DNA from: Patescibacteria group bacterium
GTDB lineage: Bacteria > Patescibacteriota > Minisyncoccia > Phycocordibacterales > UBA1550
Direction: 5' to 3'
Length of the DNA: 56,005 nt
Assembly (NCBI GenBank): GCA_038063615.1
Contig: JBBTUT010000003.1
Span: 67,352 to 123,356, forward strand
Shown here: piece after piece, positions 34,956 to 45,954 of the stretch
Layout of the letters: each line of letters opens with the position of its first letter
How positions within the stretch are numbered: position 1 is the first letter of the stretch
Position numbers and translations under genes: made by a program
Notes under the pieces: model-generated
What the model saw: the letters and a program-made list of their open reading frames with translations, nothing else
Databases searched by the model: none
Told to the model about the DNA's origin: nothing

Positions 34956-37574
34956 TTACTTCCGTTTGAGGACCTTCTTCAAATATTTACCAGTGTACGA
35001 GTTTGAGCTTGCGGCGATTTGCTCGGGGGTACCGCGGGCGACGATTTGCCCGCCACCTTCTCCGCCTTCAGGACCAACATCGATGACATAGTCCGCGCTC
35101 TTGATGACATCCATATTGTGCTCGATGAGGACGACACTATTGCCTTTATCCACCAACTTTTGGAGAATTTCAATGAGTTTGCGCACATCCTCGTAGTGGA
35201 GACCGACGGTCGGTTCATCCAAAAGGTAGATTGTTTTCTCAAGATGCGGGCGGTACAGCTCAGATGATATTTTCACGCGCTGTGCTTCCCCGCCGGAAAG
35301 TGTGGTGGCGGACTGCCCGAGCTTCAAATAGCCGAGCCCGACATCATTCAGCGTTTTTAAACGGTCGTAGATCGCGGGAATATCTATGAAAAAGTCGAGT
35401 GCTTCTTCCGCCGTCATTTCGAGGACTTCATAAATATTTTTCTTTTTGTATTTTATCTCGAGCGTGTCTTTTTCAAAGCGCTTGCCACGGCATACATCGC
35501 AAGTCACATAGACCGTCGGCAAAAAATGCATCTCGACAGCAATGGTGCCGTTGCCTTGGCAAGTTTCGCATCGTCCGCCTTTCACATTGAAAGAAAATCT
35601 CCCCGGTCCCCACCCACGCAAACGCGCCTCTGCAGTCTCGGCGAATAGGTCGCGCATAAAAGTGAATGCTCCTGTGTAAGTCGCGGGGTTTGAGCGCGGT
35701 GTGCGACCGATAGCCGACTGGTCGATGAGTACGGTGCGCGAAAGGTACTCGGTACCCGTGAAGCTTTCACAATTGTAAATATCATTCGTACGATATTTGT
35801 ACTCCAATCGCGCCTGCAGATTTTTGTGGATGAGCTCGTACATCAAGGTCGACTTACCTGAGCCGGAAACGCCCGTGATGGCGACGAGCTTGCCGAGCGG
35901 AATATCCGCGTTCATGCGTTTGATATTGAAAACGGTGCCCTCGCGGATGCGCAAGTGCCCGCGATCTGTGTCGCGCCGTTTTGGAATAGGCACGGAAACA
36001 TCCCCGCGCAAGTAGTCGAGGGTGAGCGATTTATATTTTTTTGTATTCGTGATGAGTTCATCAAGCTCCCCCGAAACGACGATGTTACCGCCGTGCACGC
36101 CTGCGCCGGGACCGATGTCCACCATATAGTCCGCGGCAAAGATCGTGTCCTCGTCATGCTCGACGACGATAATTGTATTGCCCATATCGCGGAGCTCTTT
36201 GAGTGTTTTGATGAGGCGGTCATTGTCGCGCTGATGAAGACCGATGGTCGGCTCGTCGAGCACATAGAGCGCCCCCACGAGTCGCGAGCCGAGCTGGGAC
36301 GCGAGGCGGATGCGCTGACCCTCCCCGCCTGAAAGCGTCCCCGCACGGCGACTGAGCGTGAGGTAGTTGAGCCCCACCTCGAGCATAAACGAAAGCCGAC
36401 TTTGGATTTCTTTAACCACCGGCACAGAAATGTCCTTGTCGCGCGATGAGATTTTTAGGTTTGCGAAAAAGTCCGAAGCGTCTTGGATCGTCATATTCAC
36501 CAAGTCCACGATATTTTTCCCGCTTACAAAGACGCTGAGCGCCTCTTTGCGAAGGCGCGCGCCGTCGCAGTCGGGGCAGTTTTCTTTTCCAAAAAAATGC
36601 TTGGTGCCGAGGCCGTTGCAGAGAGGGCACGCGCCATAGGGTGAGTTGAAAGAGAAAAGTCGTGGCTCGATCTCGGGATATGAAAAACCGTCATTCGGGC
36701 AAGCGAAGCGATTGGACATAATGAAGTCTTTTCCGTCGGATCCGCTTTTATTGAAAACGACACGCACCAAACTCTCGGATTCACCGAGAGCTTTTTCGAC
36801 AGCTTCACCGAGGCGCTCGCGGCCTTTTTCTTTTCCTTTAAAATCTGCAATTAAAATCTCGTCTACAAGCACATCGATCTCATGCTTCTTCGTCTTGGAA
36901 AGAACAATTTGTTCGCGCAAATTTTTCATCTCACCGTCAACGCGCACCATCAAATATCCTTTGCCGAGGAGATCGTATAGGAGCTGATAGTATTCGCCTT
37001 TTCGTCCGCGCACAAGAGGGGCGAAGATACGAATCGAGGTCGCCTTTCCCGCCTGCCATCGCCCGACTGCTTCTTTTGAGCGATAGGCAGTGGCGGGCAG
37101 GTTCCCCGCATCGCCTTTTACATCGTCCATAATGAAGTTCAAGATCTCTTCATTGCCGAGGCGTTTGATCTCCGTACCGCACACGAGACAATGCGGTTTT
37201 CCGATGCGCGCAAAAAGCACGCGCAAGTAATCGTATATTTCGGTAATGGTCGCCACCGTCGAGCGCGGATTCGACGAGTGAGACTTTTGGTCGATGGATA
37301 TGGACGGCGAAAGACCCGTGATCTCATCGACATCGGGCTTCTGCATTTGGTTCAAAAACTGCCGTGCATATGCCGACAGCGACTCGACATAGCGCCTCTG
37401 CCCTTCGGCAAAAATCGTATCAAAAGCAAGCGAAGACTTCCCCGACCCAGAGAGTCCGGTAAACACTATCATTTTGTTCCTCGGCATCTCCACCGAAATA
37501 TTTTTTAGATTATGCGTGCGCGCCCCGCGGACCGTAATCTTATCCAATGCCTTATTTTTCTTGCTTTCTGTCAT
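34956..37574 (-). CDS. uvrA: Excinuclease ABC subunit A
   Basis: GAR.HNLKN, two Walker A motifs ([18 protein letters not shown]), LSGGE, Zn fingers. Confidence 0.97.
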   Translation of the reverse strand: MTESKKNKALDKITVRGARTHNLKNISVEMPRNKMIVFTGLSGSGKSSLAFDTIFAEGQRRYVESLSAYARQFLNQMQKPDVDEITGLSPSISIDQKSHSSNPRSTVATITEIYDYLRVLFARIGKPHCLVCGTEIKRLGNEEILNFIMDDVKGDAGNLPATAYRSKEAVGRWQAGKATSIRIFAPLVRGRKGEYYQLLYDLLGKGYLMVRVDGEMKNLREQIVLSKTKKHEIDVLVDEILIADFKGKEKGRERLGEAVEKALGESESLVRVVFNKSGSDGKDFIMSNRFACPNDGFSYPEIEPRLFSFNSPYGACPLCNGLGTKHFFGKENCPDCDGARLRKEALSVFVSGKNIVDLVNMTIQDASDFFANLKISSRDKDISVPVVKEIQSRLSFMLEVGLNYLTLSRRAGTLSGGEGQRIRLASQLGSRLVGALYVLDEPTIGLHQRDNDRLIKTLKELRDMGNTIIVVEHDEDTIFAADYMVDIGPGAGVHGGNIVVSGELDELITNTKKYKSLTLDYLRGDVSVPIPKRRDTDRGHLRIREGTVFNIKRMNADIPLGKLVAITGVSGSGKSTLMYELIHKNLQARLEYKYRTNDIYNCESFTGTEYLSRTVLIDQSAIGRTPRSNPATYTGAFTFMRDLFAETAEARLRGWGPGRFSFNVKGGRCETCQGNGTIAVEMHFLPTVYVTCDVCRGKRFEKDTLEIKYKKKNIYEVLEMTAEEALDFFIDIPAIYDRLKTLNDVGLGYLKLGQSATTLSGGEAQRVKISSELYRPHLEKTIYLLDEPTVGLHYEDVRKLIEILQKLVDKGNSVVLIEHNMDVIKSADYVIDVGPEGGEGGGQIVARGTPEQIAASSNSYTGKYLKKVLKRK
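37048..37101 (-). repeat. 54-bp palindromic element in frame in uvrA
   Basis: Reverse complement is 49/54 identical to the recR copy; read in a different frame ([18 protein letters not shown]). Confidence 0.9.
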
Positions 37575-37603
37575 CGAGTGTAGCGTACCACACGCGCGAT
37601 AGA

Positions 37604-37632
37604 TTGACAAATATGTTTTATTGGGCTAGTAT
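37604..37632 (+). promoter_or_regulatory. Sigma70-type promoter
   Basis: TTGACA-N17-TAGTAT. Confidence 0.6.
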
Positions 37633-37697
37633 CAAAATTAGAATAGTTACGACAAATCCGACAAAAATCGGAAATACATTGAAAAATGGAGGGGAAA

Positions 37698-38216
37698 ATG
37701 AAGATCTCAACGAAGATTTCAAAAAAAGGGAAAAAAGGGGAAATTGTTACAACAAGGGTTTCTACGAAAAGAGTCATCTTAAAAAAGATGCTCAAAAAAG
37801 AGATGCTGCTCGTTCTCGTTGAACGAGTTAAAAAGGAACTGCATGAGGACCTCGACCCGAAGAACTGCGAGAGCATCGGGAGTTTACACCTCGTTGGCGC
37901 GGTTGTCTCCCCTTATCTTTTAAAATTCGGAGTGGTCAACGAAGCAGAGGGCACATGGACTGCAAAGAAAGAGAAAAAGATAATATTATTCGAATTGTTC
38001 TCCGGTGTCGGCAACAATGCGTGTGATGACGAGGGGAATATGTATTTTTTACTGAAAGTTCCTCGCCGTGGAGAGTTCTTTGTGAGACTCGGGGAAAAGT
38101 TTGAAATAGTGAGGCATATCCCTGTTTCCGTTGCGACAGATATTGCAAACGGCCTATTGTTGGACTATTTCTTTAAAGCGTTAAAAAAGGAACAACGCGC
38201 ACATCTAGAAGGTTAG
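37698..38216 (+). CDS. Hypothetical protein with basic N-terminus
   Basis: GGAGGGGAAA immediately before ATG 37698; own promoter and terminator. Confidence 0.7.
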   Translation: MKISTKISKKGKKGEIVTTRVSTKRVILKKMLKKEMLLVLVERVKKELHEDLDPKNCESIGSLHLVGAVVSPYLLKFGVVNEAEGTWTAKKEKKIILFELFSGVGNNACDDEGNMYFLLKVPRRGEFFVRLGEKFEIVRHIPVSVATDIANGLLLDYFFKALKKEQRAHLEG

Positions 38217-38223
38217 GGTTTTG

Positions 38224-38264
38224 AGAGGGTTACCAGCGATGCATCGCTGGTAACCCTCTTTTTT
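38224..38264 (+). terminator. Perfect 36-bp palindrome followed by a T-run
   Basis: AGAGGGTTACCAGCGATG/CATCGCTGGTAACCCTCT-TTTTT. Confidence 0.75.
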
Positions 38265-38303
38265 GTACTGGAAATTCCAATGGTGGACTGGTATACTTCA
38301 CAA

Positions 38304-38546
38304 ATGAATATCGAGGAACAAAACGAAAAAATCATAAAGCAGTTGGAAATCTTAAACGCGAGCATTAAACATCAAGAATCCATAAAGCACCTCATGACTA
38401 CGGGGATCATTTACGGTATCGGATTTTTCATCGGCTCCGCGATCATCGCGACGATTGCGCTGGGCTTTCTCGGTCCTATTTTTGGAAAGATCTCCTGGGT
38501 GGGAGAAAACTTTGAGAGAGGGACCTCAATACTGCAACCTCGATAG
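38304..38546 (+). CDS. Small membrane protein
   Basis: Coiled N-terminus plus GIIYGIGFFIGSAII TM; TATACT 6 nt upstream. Confidence 0.7.
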   Translation: MNIEEQNEKIIKQLEILNASIKHQESIKHLMTTGIIYGIGFFIGSAIIATIALGFLGPIFGKISWVGENFERGTSILQPR

Positions 38547-38578
38547 AAATTCCGCCAGTGAAATGCTATACTCTCCCC

Positions 38579-39175
38579 GTGAAAAAGGAGTCTCTCGAAA
38601 AAATAGCAAACTTTCTCTTTGAAACGGGAATGCTCGCAAAAACTCCCCGAAGCGGATTCTTCTTCTTGGGGAGCGGTGAACAGAGTGTTGCGGAGCATTT
38701 GAACCGTGCCACATATATCGGATATTCCTTGGCACAGCTCGCAGGAGATGTGGATGTGGGGAAAGTTGTACAAATGTGCATGTTCCACGATATCTCGGAA
38801 GCAAGAATTTCTGACTTGAATTATGTCCATCAAAAATACACTGAACGGCTGGAGGAAAAAGCTCATGAGGATTTGGTAGCGTCTCTGCCATTTGGCGGAG
38901 AGGTCAAAAAATTGATCGACGAGTACGAAGAAAGAAAAACAAAAGAAGCCAAGCTCACAAAAGATGCTGACAACCTTGAATTCCTCCTCTCTCTCAAAGA
39001 GCAAGTTGACATAGGAAACGAGCGGGCGCGCACATGGATTCCACCGCTTATGGGAAGATTTTTGACCGACGAGGCGCGCCAACTTGCTGAAGTGATTATC
39101 GATACAGACTCAGACGGTTGGTGGTTTGGCGACAAAAATGACGAGTGGTGGACGCACAGGAATAATAAAAAGTAA
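38579..39175 (+). CDS. HD-domain hydrolase (YfbR/HDDC2-like)
   Basis: L..TPRSG, SVAEH, HD..E...D, KDAD.LE; GTG start inferred from -10 spacing. Confidence 0.88.
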   Translation: MKKESLEKIANFLFETGMLAKTPRSGFFFLGSGEQSVAEHLNRATYIGYSLAQLAGDVDVGKVVQMCMFHDISEARISDLNYVHQKYTERLEEKAHEDLVASLPFGGEVKKLIDEYEERKTKEAKLTKDADNLEFLLSLKEQVDIGNERARTWIPPLMGRFLTDEARQLAEVIIDTDSDGWWFGDKNDEWWTHRNNKK

Positions 39176-39176
39176 A

Positions 39177-39440
39177 ATGTACATACAAATATTTGTCACC
39201 TTGATGGGGATACTTATGTCGGTCGGTTACTATCCGCAAGCATACGCGATTTGGAAAAATAAATCATCACAAGGTATCTCGATTTTGACCTACTCAATAT
39301 TCAGCGCGGGAACTTTTGTGTGGACAATCTACGGGTTCTATCTTCGTGACTTACCAATCATATTAAGTTTTATTCTTGGGGCAATAGGTTCGTGGCTTGT
39401 TTTAGGATTGACTCTTTATTATAGAAAGCAGAAACAATAA
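39177..39440 (+). CDS. SemiSWEET / PQ-loop transporter
   Basis: YPQA..IWK.KS..GIS, W..YG...D.P.I; 3 TMs. Confidence 0.85.
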   Translation: MYIQIFVTLMGILMSVGYYPQAYAIWKNKSSQGISILTYSIFSAGTFVWTIYGFYLRDLPIILSFILGAIGSWLVLGLTLYYRKQKQ

Positions 39441-39457
39441 AATTTTTTAGGAAGTAG

Positions 39458-41473
39458 CTACTTTATAAGTTGCTCCTTGAGCAACACAATCTCATCCCGC
39501 AATATCGCCGCGGTCTCAAAGTCGAGCTCTTTCACCGCTTTCGACATTTCTTTTTCTTTGAGCTTGATGAGTTTTTGCGGGTTTTTTGCGAAGACTTGCG
39601 CGTCGATATCGAGATTCATTCGAACCGCTTTCATGTGGTCGGTCTCGAGGTGCTCGGTGATGTCTTTGATTTGTTTGATGATAGTTTTTGGGGTGATGTT
39701 ATGCTCTTTATTGTATGCCACCTGAATGGCGCGACGACGGTTGGTTTCGCCGACAGCTCGTTCTATCGAGCCGGTGATGGTCTCGGCGTAGAGAATGACG
39801 CGACCTTCCACATTGCGTGCGGCACGACCAATGGTTTGAATGAGTGCCGTTTCAGAGCGAAGGAAACCCTCTTTGTCGGCATCGAGAACACCGATGAGGG
39901 TGACCTCGGGCAGGTCGAGCCCCTCGCGCAGAAGATTGACGCCGACAATGCAGTCGAATGCCCCCTTGCGGAATTCAGTGAGGATCTGGATGCGTTCGAT
40001 GGTTTTGATGTCGCTGTGCAGGTATTCGGCTTTGATTCCCTCCCCTTTCAAATATTCGGAAAGGTCCTCCGCCATTTTTTTGGTGAGTGTCGTTGCGATG
40101 ACGCGACCATTTTTTTTGACCGCCTTTTTTGTTTCAGCGATGAAGTCTTGGATTTGCCCTTTATAGACACCCTTTTCCAAAATCGGTCGAATCGAAATCT
40201 CCGGATCTATGAGCCCCGTCGGACGAATCACCTGCTCGACGACTTGCTCGCTATTCTCGCGCTCGTATGTCGCGGGTGTTGCCGAAGTAAAGATCACTTG
40301 CCCCACGCGCTCGTGAAATTCCTCGGAGCGAAGTGGGCGGTTGTCCATCGCGGACGGCAAGCGAAAGCCGAATTCAACGAGTGTCTTTTTACGCGACTGG
40401 TCGCCCGCATACATACCGCCGATTTGCGGAATCGTCACATGGGACTCATCAATGACGGTGAGGAAGTCCGGCTTGCCATCTTTTGTTTTTGGAAAATACG
40501 AAAGGAGCGTGTCGGGAGCCGACCCCGCGTCACGCCCCGACATATGACGAGAATAGTTTTCAATGCCGTTGCAATAACCCACCTCGCGAATCATGGCGAG
40601 GTCGTATGTCGTGCGACGACCGATGCGCTCCGCTTCGAGGAGCTTGCCCTCTTTTTCAAACTTTTTGAGCTGAGTCCCGAGCTCGGCTTTGATAGCTTTC
40701 ATCGCACGGTCTTTTTCCGCTTTGTTCGTGATGAAATGTTTAGCGGGGAAAATAAAAATTGATTGCGGGGTGTCCACGATTTTTTGCGACACGGGATCGA
40801 CTTTGTTGATGGAGGATATTCCGTGCATATCCAGCGTGATACTCCATACTATTTTTTCCGACACCGGCATAATCTCGACGAGCGAACCGATTGAGCGAAA
40901 TGTGCCGGGTGTGAGGTCGGCATTGGTGCGGTCGAAATGGATCGCAATAAGTTTTTGCATCAACTCTTTGCGGTCAATTTTAGTGCCGACAGAGAGTTTC
41001 AAATTCTCCTTTTCATATTCTGCGGGAGAACCGAGACCATAGATGCACGACACCGACGCTACGATGATGACATCGCGACGCGTGAGGAGTGCCTGCGTGG
41101 ATGCGTGACGAAGACGGTCGATCTCCTCGTTGATCTGCGCGTCCTTTTCGATATAGGTATCGGTCGTCGGCATATACGCCTCGGGCTGGTAGTAATCGTA
41201 ATACGAAACAAAATAATGCACCGCATTGTTAGGAAAAAACTCTTTGTATTCCTGAGCGAGCTGTGCGGCAAGCGTTTTATTGTGCGCGATGACAAGCGTC
41301 GGCTTGCCGACAGAAGCAATGACATTCGCCATCGTGAAAGTCTTACCCGACCCGGTAACCCCAAGCAAAGTCTGCGCGCGCATCCCCTTTTTGAGCCCCC
41401 TAAGAAGCGCCTCAATAGCCTTCGGCTGGTCCCCTGCTGGCGACCATTCTGATTTAAGATTAAAAATGGACAT
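39458..41473 (-). CDS. uvrB: Excinuclease ABC subunit B
   Basis: GDQP.AI, GVTGSGKT, YYDYYQPEAY, DESH, GRAARN, UVR tail. Confidence 0.97.
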   Translation of the reverse strand: MSIFNLKSEWSPAGDQPKAIEALLRGLKKGMRAQTLLGVTGSGKTFTMANVIASVGKPTLVIAHNKTLAAQLAQEYKEFFPNNAVHYFVSYYDYYQPEAYMPTTDTYIEKDAQINEEIDRLRHASTQALLTRRDVIIVASVSCIYGLGSPAEYEKENLKLSVGTKIDRKELMQKLIAIHFDRTNADLTPGTFRSIGSLVEIMPVSEKIVWSITLDMHGISSINKVDPVSQKIVDTPQSIFIFPAKHFITNKAEKDRAMKAIKAELGTQLKKFEKEGKLLEAERIGRRTTYDLAMIREVGYCNGIENYSRHMSGRDAGSAPDTLLSYFPKTKDGKPDFLTVIDESHVTIPQIGGMYAGDQSRKKTLVEFGFRLPSAMDNRPLRSEEFHERVGQVIFTSATPATYERENSEQVVEQVIRPTGLIDPEISIRPILEKGVYKGQIQDFIAETKKAVKKNGRVIATTLTKKMAEDLSEYLKGEGIKAEYLHSDIKTIERIQILTEFRKGAFDCIVGVNLLREGLDLPEVTLIGVLDADKEGFLRSETALIQTIGRAARNVEGRVILYAETITGSIERAVGETNRRRAIQVAYNKEHNITPKTIIKQIKDITEHLETDHMKAVRMNLDIDAQVFAKNPQKLIKLKEKEMSKAVKELDFETAAILRDEIVLLKEQLIK

Positions 41474-41476
41474 TTA

Positions 41477-42700
<1,224 letters not shown>

Positions 42701-42709
42701 CTAGCATCA

Positions 42710-42738
42710 TTGACGCGCTTCGTAAACACTGGTAGTGT
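42710..42738 (+). promoter_or_regulatory. Sigma70-type promoter for folA
   Basis: TTGACG-N17-TAGTGT with extended TG. Confidence 0.55.
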
Positions 42739-42787
42739 GGAGGAAGATTGTTCAGGAAACTCAAAAATCGAAACAAAGGAGGGAGTT

Positions 42788-43312
42788 ATGAATTTTTTGA
42801 TCGAAATGATAGCAGCCGTCTCCGACAACAATGTCATTGGGTACAAAGGAAAGATGCCATGGGGTCGCATCCCCCGCGACCTCGCCCACTTCAAAAAGAT
42901 AACGAAGGGGCACACGGTAGTAATGGGATACAAAACACTCGTTTCCATCGGCGGAGCACTACCGGAGAGGACAAATCTTGTTCTTACAAGCGAGCCGGAA
43001 AAGGTAAGGGCTTTCCCCGGATGTATTGCTGTTTCAAGCCCGGACGAAATTCTAAAACGGGCAAAATATGAAAAAGTATTTGTTATAGGCGGAGAAGCCG
43101 TCTACCGACAGTTTCTCCCCTACACAGATGTTATTCACCTCACGAGAATCCAAGTAGCTCTTGATGGAGACGCGAATTTCCCATGGCTCTCCCCAGACGA
43201 ATGGCATCGCATCCGGCATACATTCCATCACCCGAGCGAAAAGAACAAATACCCACTGACCTTCGAAACATGGGTTCGCAGGGAGTGTGTCGAGGAAAGA
43301 AAAGCAGCGTAG
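42788..43312 (+). CDS. folA: Dihydrofolate reductase
   Basis: IAAVS.N.VIG..G.MPW..IP.DL.HFK, VMG.KT, LPER.N, VIGG, D..FP; AAGGAGGGAG SD. Confidence 0.93.
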   Translation: MNFLIEMIAAVSDNNVIGYKGKMPWGRIPRDLAHFKKITKGHTVVMGYKTLVSIGGALPERTNLVLTSEPEKVRAFPGCIAVSSPDEILKRAKYEKVFVIGGEAVYRQFLPYTDVIHLTRIQVALDGDANFPWLSPDEWHRIRHTFHHPSEKNKYPLTFETWVRRECVEERKAA

Positions 43313-43333
43313 AGTTTCGACAGTTTAGCTAAG

Positions 43334-43370
43334 AGCCCCGCATCCGAAACGGAACGGGGCTTTTTTTTTT
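43334..43370 (+). terminator. Intrinsic terminator
   Basis: AGCCCCG...CGGGGC followed by T10. Confidence 0.8.
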
Positions 43371-43388
43371 GTAAAATATTCTCCGTTC

Positions 43389-43428
43389 CTGTCACACATT
43401 CGTGGTTATAACCACGAATGTGTGACAG
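43389..43428. repeat. Perfect 40-bp palindrome with no loop
   Basis: CTGTCACACATTCGTGGTTA/TAACCACGAATGTGTGACAG. Confidence 0.85.
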
Positions 43429-43437
43429 TGTTGAAAA

Positions 43438-44577
43438 CTAATCACGAATCGCGTCTTTGACGACTGCGACAATGCCTTTGTCGAAAAGCGGGGGGAGCAC
43501 TTGGTTTGGCTCTGGGTCGGTGACATGTGCGGCGAGGGCTTCTGCTGAGCGGAGAAACATCGCTTCGGTGAACTGCTTGATGCGGTGGTCGAGGGCGCCG
43601 CGGAAAATACCGGGATACACCAGAGCATTGTTGATTTGGTTTGGGAAATCGGAACGACCGGTCGCCACGACGAACGCACCTGCTTCTTTTGCGAGGTCTG
43701 GCATAATCTCGGGGACTGGATTTGCAAGCGCAAAAATGATCGGCTTCTCCGCCATCGTGCGCACCATCTCTGCTGTGAGGAGCCCGCCTTTTGAAACGCC
43801 GATGAAAATATCCGCGCCGGCGAGGACTTCGGCGAGCGTCCCGCCTTGTTTGTCATGATTGGTAATCCGCGCCAGCGCTTCTTTTTCAAAATTCAAATCT
43901 CCGCGCCCTTCATACACCGCGCCTTTTGAATCGCAAACGATGAAGTTCTTGAACCCGTAGGCAAGAAGAAGTTTTGTGATAGCCGTGCCCGCCGCCCCTG
44001 CCCCGCTCATCACGACGCGCACGACTTCTTTTTTACTTCCCCGAAGTTTGAGCGCATTGATGAGTCCCGCAAGCACCACGACCGCGGTGCCGTGCTGGTC
44101 GTCGTGCATCACCGGAATGGGAAGCTCGGCGCGCAATCGTTCTTCTATTTCAAAACAACGCGGTGCAGAAATATCCTCAAGGTTGACCGCACCAAAAACC
44201 GGCGCGATATTTTTCACGAGAGCGATAATCTCATCGACATCTTGCGTATTCACGCAGATCGGAAATGCATCAATACCCGCGAACTCTTTGAAAATTGCCG
44301 CCTTCCCCTCCATCACAGGTATCGCCGCATGCGCGCCGAGATTGCCCAGCCCCAATATCGCGGAGCCGTCGGAAACGATGGCGACCGTGTTCCCCTTTAT
44401 CGTATAGTCATACGCAAGCTCTGCATCGCGCCCGATCTCACGGCACACTTCAGCAACCCCCGGCGTATACGCAAGCGAAAGTTCAGCTTTGTTCGTGAGG
44501 AGCACCTTGCTCACCACCTCGATCTTTCCGTGATGCTTTCGATGAAGCTCGAGAGATTGTTTGTATACATCGTCCAT
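43438..44577 (-). CDS. NAD(P)-dependent malic enzyme (short form)
   Basis: AYTPGVA, PVMEGK, NLEDI.APRCF, HDDQHGTA, GAGAAG, ANP.PEI, SDFPNQINN. Confidence 0.95.
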   Translation of the reverse strand: MDDVYKQSLELHRKHHGKIEVVSKVLLTNKAELSLAYTPGVAEVCREIGRDAELAYDYTIKGNTVAIVSDGSAILGLGNLGAHAAIPVMEGKAAIFKEFAGIDAFPICVNTQDVDEIIALVKNIAPVFGAVNLEDISAPRCFEIEERLRAELPIPVMHDDQHGTAVVVLAGLINALKLRGSKKEVVRVVMSGAGAAGTAITKLLLAYGFKNFIVCDSKGAVYEGRGDLNFEKEALARITNHDKQGGTLAEVLAGADIFIGVSKGGLLTAEMVRTMAEKPIIFALANPVPEIMPDLAKEAGAFVVATGRSDFPNQINNALVYPGIFRGALDHRIKQFTEAMFLRSAEALAAHVTDPEPNQVLPPLFDKGIVAVVKDAIRD

Positions 44578-44582
44578 GTTGC

Positions 44583-45005
44583 TTATAAATTAGATTTTAA
44601 AACATTCAGGATTTCAGAAAAAGTTTCTTCAGAAACTCTGTTTGCCATCGTCTCTGTTAAATGATAATGGTCGCCAAAATTGTGATCCTTGAACACTAGG
44701 CCTCCGACCAGCACTTCTTTTTCGTAGCGAGGACGAACATGAAAATGAACTTGTGGTGTATATGGTTTTTCTCTGTACGCATGATTCATTAAGCACGCCC
44801 AGTTGAACAATGTGGCTTTGAAAGTTTTTTTCAGAAGGTCCTCATACTTCTTTATCGTGGTATGTAGATCAGAAAACTCTTCGTCTGTTAGTTCTGACAA
44901 AGATTCTCTTTTAGTCTTACAGGTAACATACGACCTACCCAAATATAGTTGGTCTCCAGAGAGGGTGACTTCCCAATATTTTGATTCGAATATTTGTCTA
45001 TGCAT
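44583..45005 (-). CDS. HIT family protein
   Basis: DQ.YLGR, FNW.CL.N, QVHFHVRPRY; low GC. Confidence 0.75.
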   Translation of the reverse strand: MHRQIFESKYWEVTLSGDQLYLGRSYVTCKTKRESLSELTDEEFSDLHTTIKKYEDLLKKTFKATLFNWACLMNHAYREKPYTPQVHFHVRPRYEKEVLVGGLVFKDHNFGDHYHLTETMANRVSEETFSEILNVLKSNL

Positions 45006-45018
45006 AACATTCTGTTCT

Positions 45019-45858
45019 TTAGTAATAATAATGCGTCCGTGCGAAAAAGAGTGCTCCGTACAGACCGCCAAAATCCTGAAGTTCGGCTTTTTCAATAAGC
45101 GGTGGTGTGGGAAAAATTTTTAAAATTTCAGCGAGATGCTTGCGGACGGCGGGAAGGGGAATACCGATTTCTTTCATCATCGAACCGCCGAGCACAATGA
45201 TGTCGGGCGACCAATGTACGATAGTATTGTTGAGTCCATATGCGAGAAACTTTGCGAGCTCGTCCCAGACCGCATCGTCGTGAATATCATAGGGCTTTAC
45301 GCCAAAGCGTTTTTCAATAGCCGTGCCGGACACATACGCCTCGAGGTCGTTTCCGGCGCACTCCGGGCAGAGGGAATTGTCGGGGTCGATGATCTGATGT
45401 CCCGGCTCAAAACCGAGCACATTTTTGTCGATAGCCCCGTCCACGATGCGCACTCCGCCAACACCCGTACTTATCGTCATATAAACGACAATAGACTTGC
45501 CTCGCCCCGCACCAAAGTTTGCCTCGCCGAGCCCCACGAGTGCCGTATCGTTTTCGATTGATACGGGAACGGCAAAGGCTTCCGCGAGTGCTTTTTTGAT
45601 ATCATGCCCCATCCAACCGCTCAAGTTTGGGCTATTCACGAGCATCGTTTTTTCAGCATTAAGCGGTCCCGCAATGCCCCCGACAATCGCCTCGATCTTC
45701 TCTCCATGAGACAAATTCCCCACGATTCGTTTCAAAGTCTCGACTCCTTCATCAAAATCCTGCGGCGTATTTACCACAATAGGCTCAGCCAAAAACTTCG
45801 TGCGGTCCGCCGAAGCAACCCGCATCTTCGTCCCCCCAATATCAAATAGAATATACAT
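45019..45858 (-). CDS. ROK family sugar kinase (glucokinase-like)
   Basis: DIGGT, END, STGVGG, E.GH, C..C...LE...SG. Confidence 0.9.
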   Translation of the reverse strand: MYILFDIGGTKMRVASADRTKFLAEPIVVNTPQDFDEGVETLKRIVGNLSHGEKIEAIVGGIAGPLNAEKTMLVNSPNLSGWMGHDIKKALAEAFAVPVSIENDTALVGLGEANFGAGRGKSIVVYMTISTGVGGVRIVDGAIDKNVLGFEPGHQIIDPDNSLCPECAGNDLEAYVSGTAIEKRFGVKPYDIHDDAVWDELAKFLAYGLNNTIVHWSPDIIVLGGSMMKEIGIPLPAVRKHLAEILKIFPTPPLIEKAELQDFGGLYGALFFARTHYYY

Positions 45859-45915
45859 ACCCCCTATTCTAATACACTTGGCACGCAAATCAAAATCACT
45901 GTATGACCGCACCCA

Positions 45916-45952
45916 ACTTTATGGACTTTATGGACTTTCGACTTTATAGACT
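45916..45952. repeat. Short tandem repeat (ACTTTATGG-like)
   Basis: ACTTTATGG ACTTTATGG ACTTTCG ACTTTATAG ACT. Confidence 0.7.
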
Positions 45953-45954
45953 GG

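Noticed and set aside
39470-40762. 430-aa ORF antisense to uvrB, and many other long overlapping ORFs
   Set aside because: These are shadow frames of GC-rich conserved genes with no motifs or expression signals.
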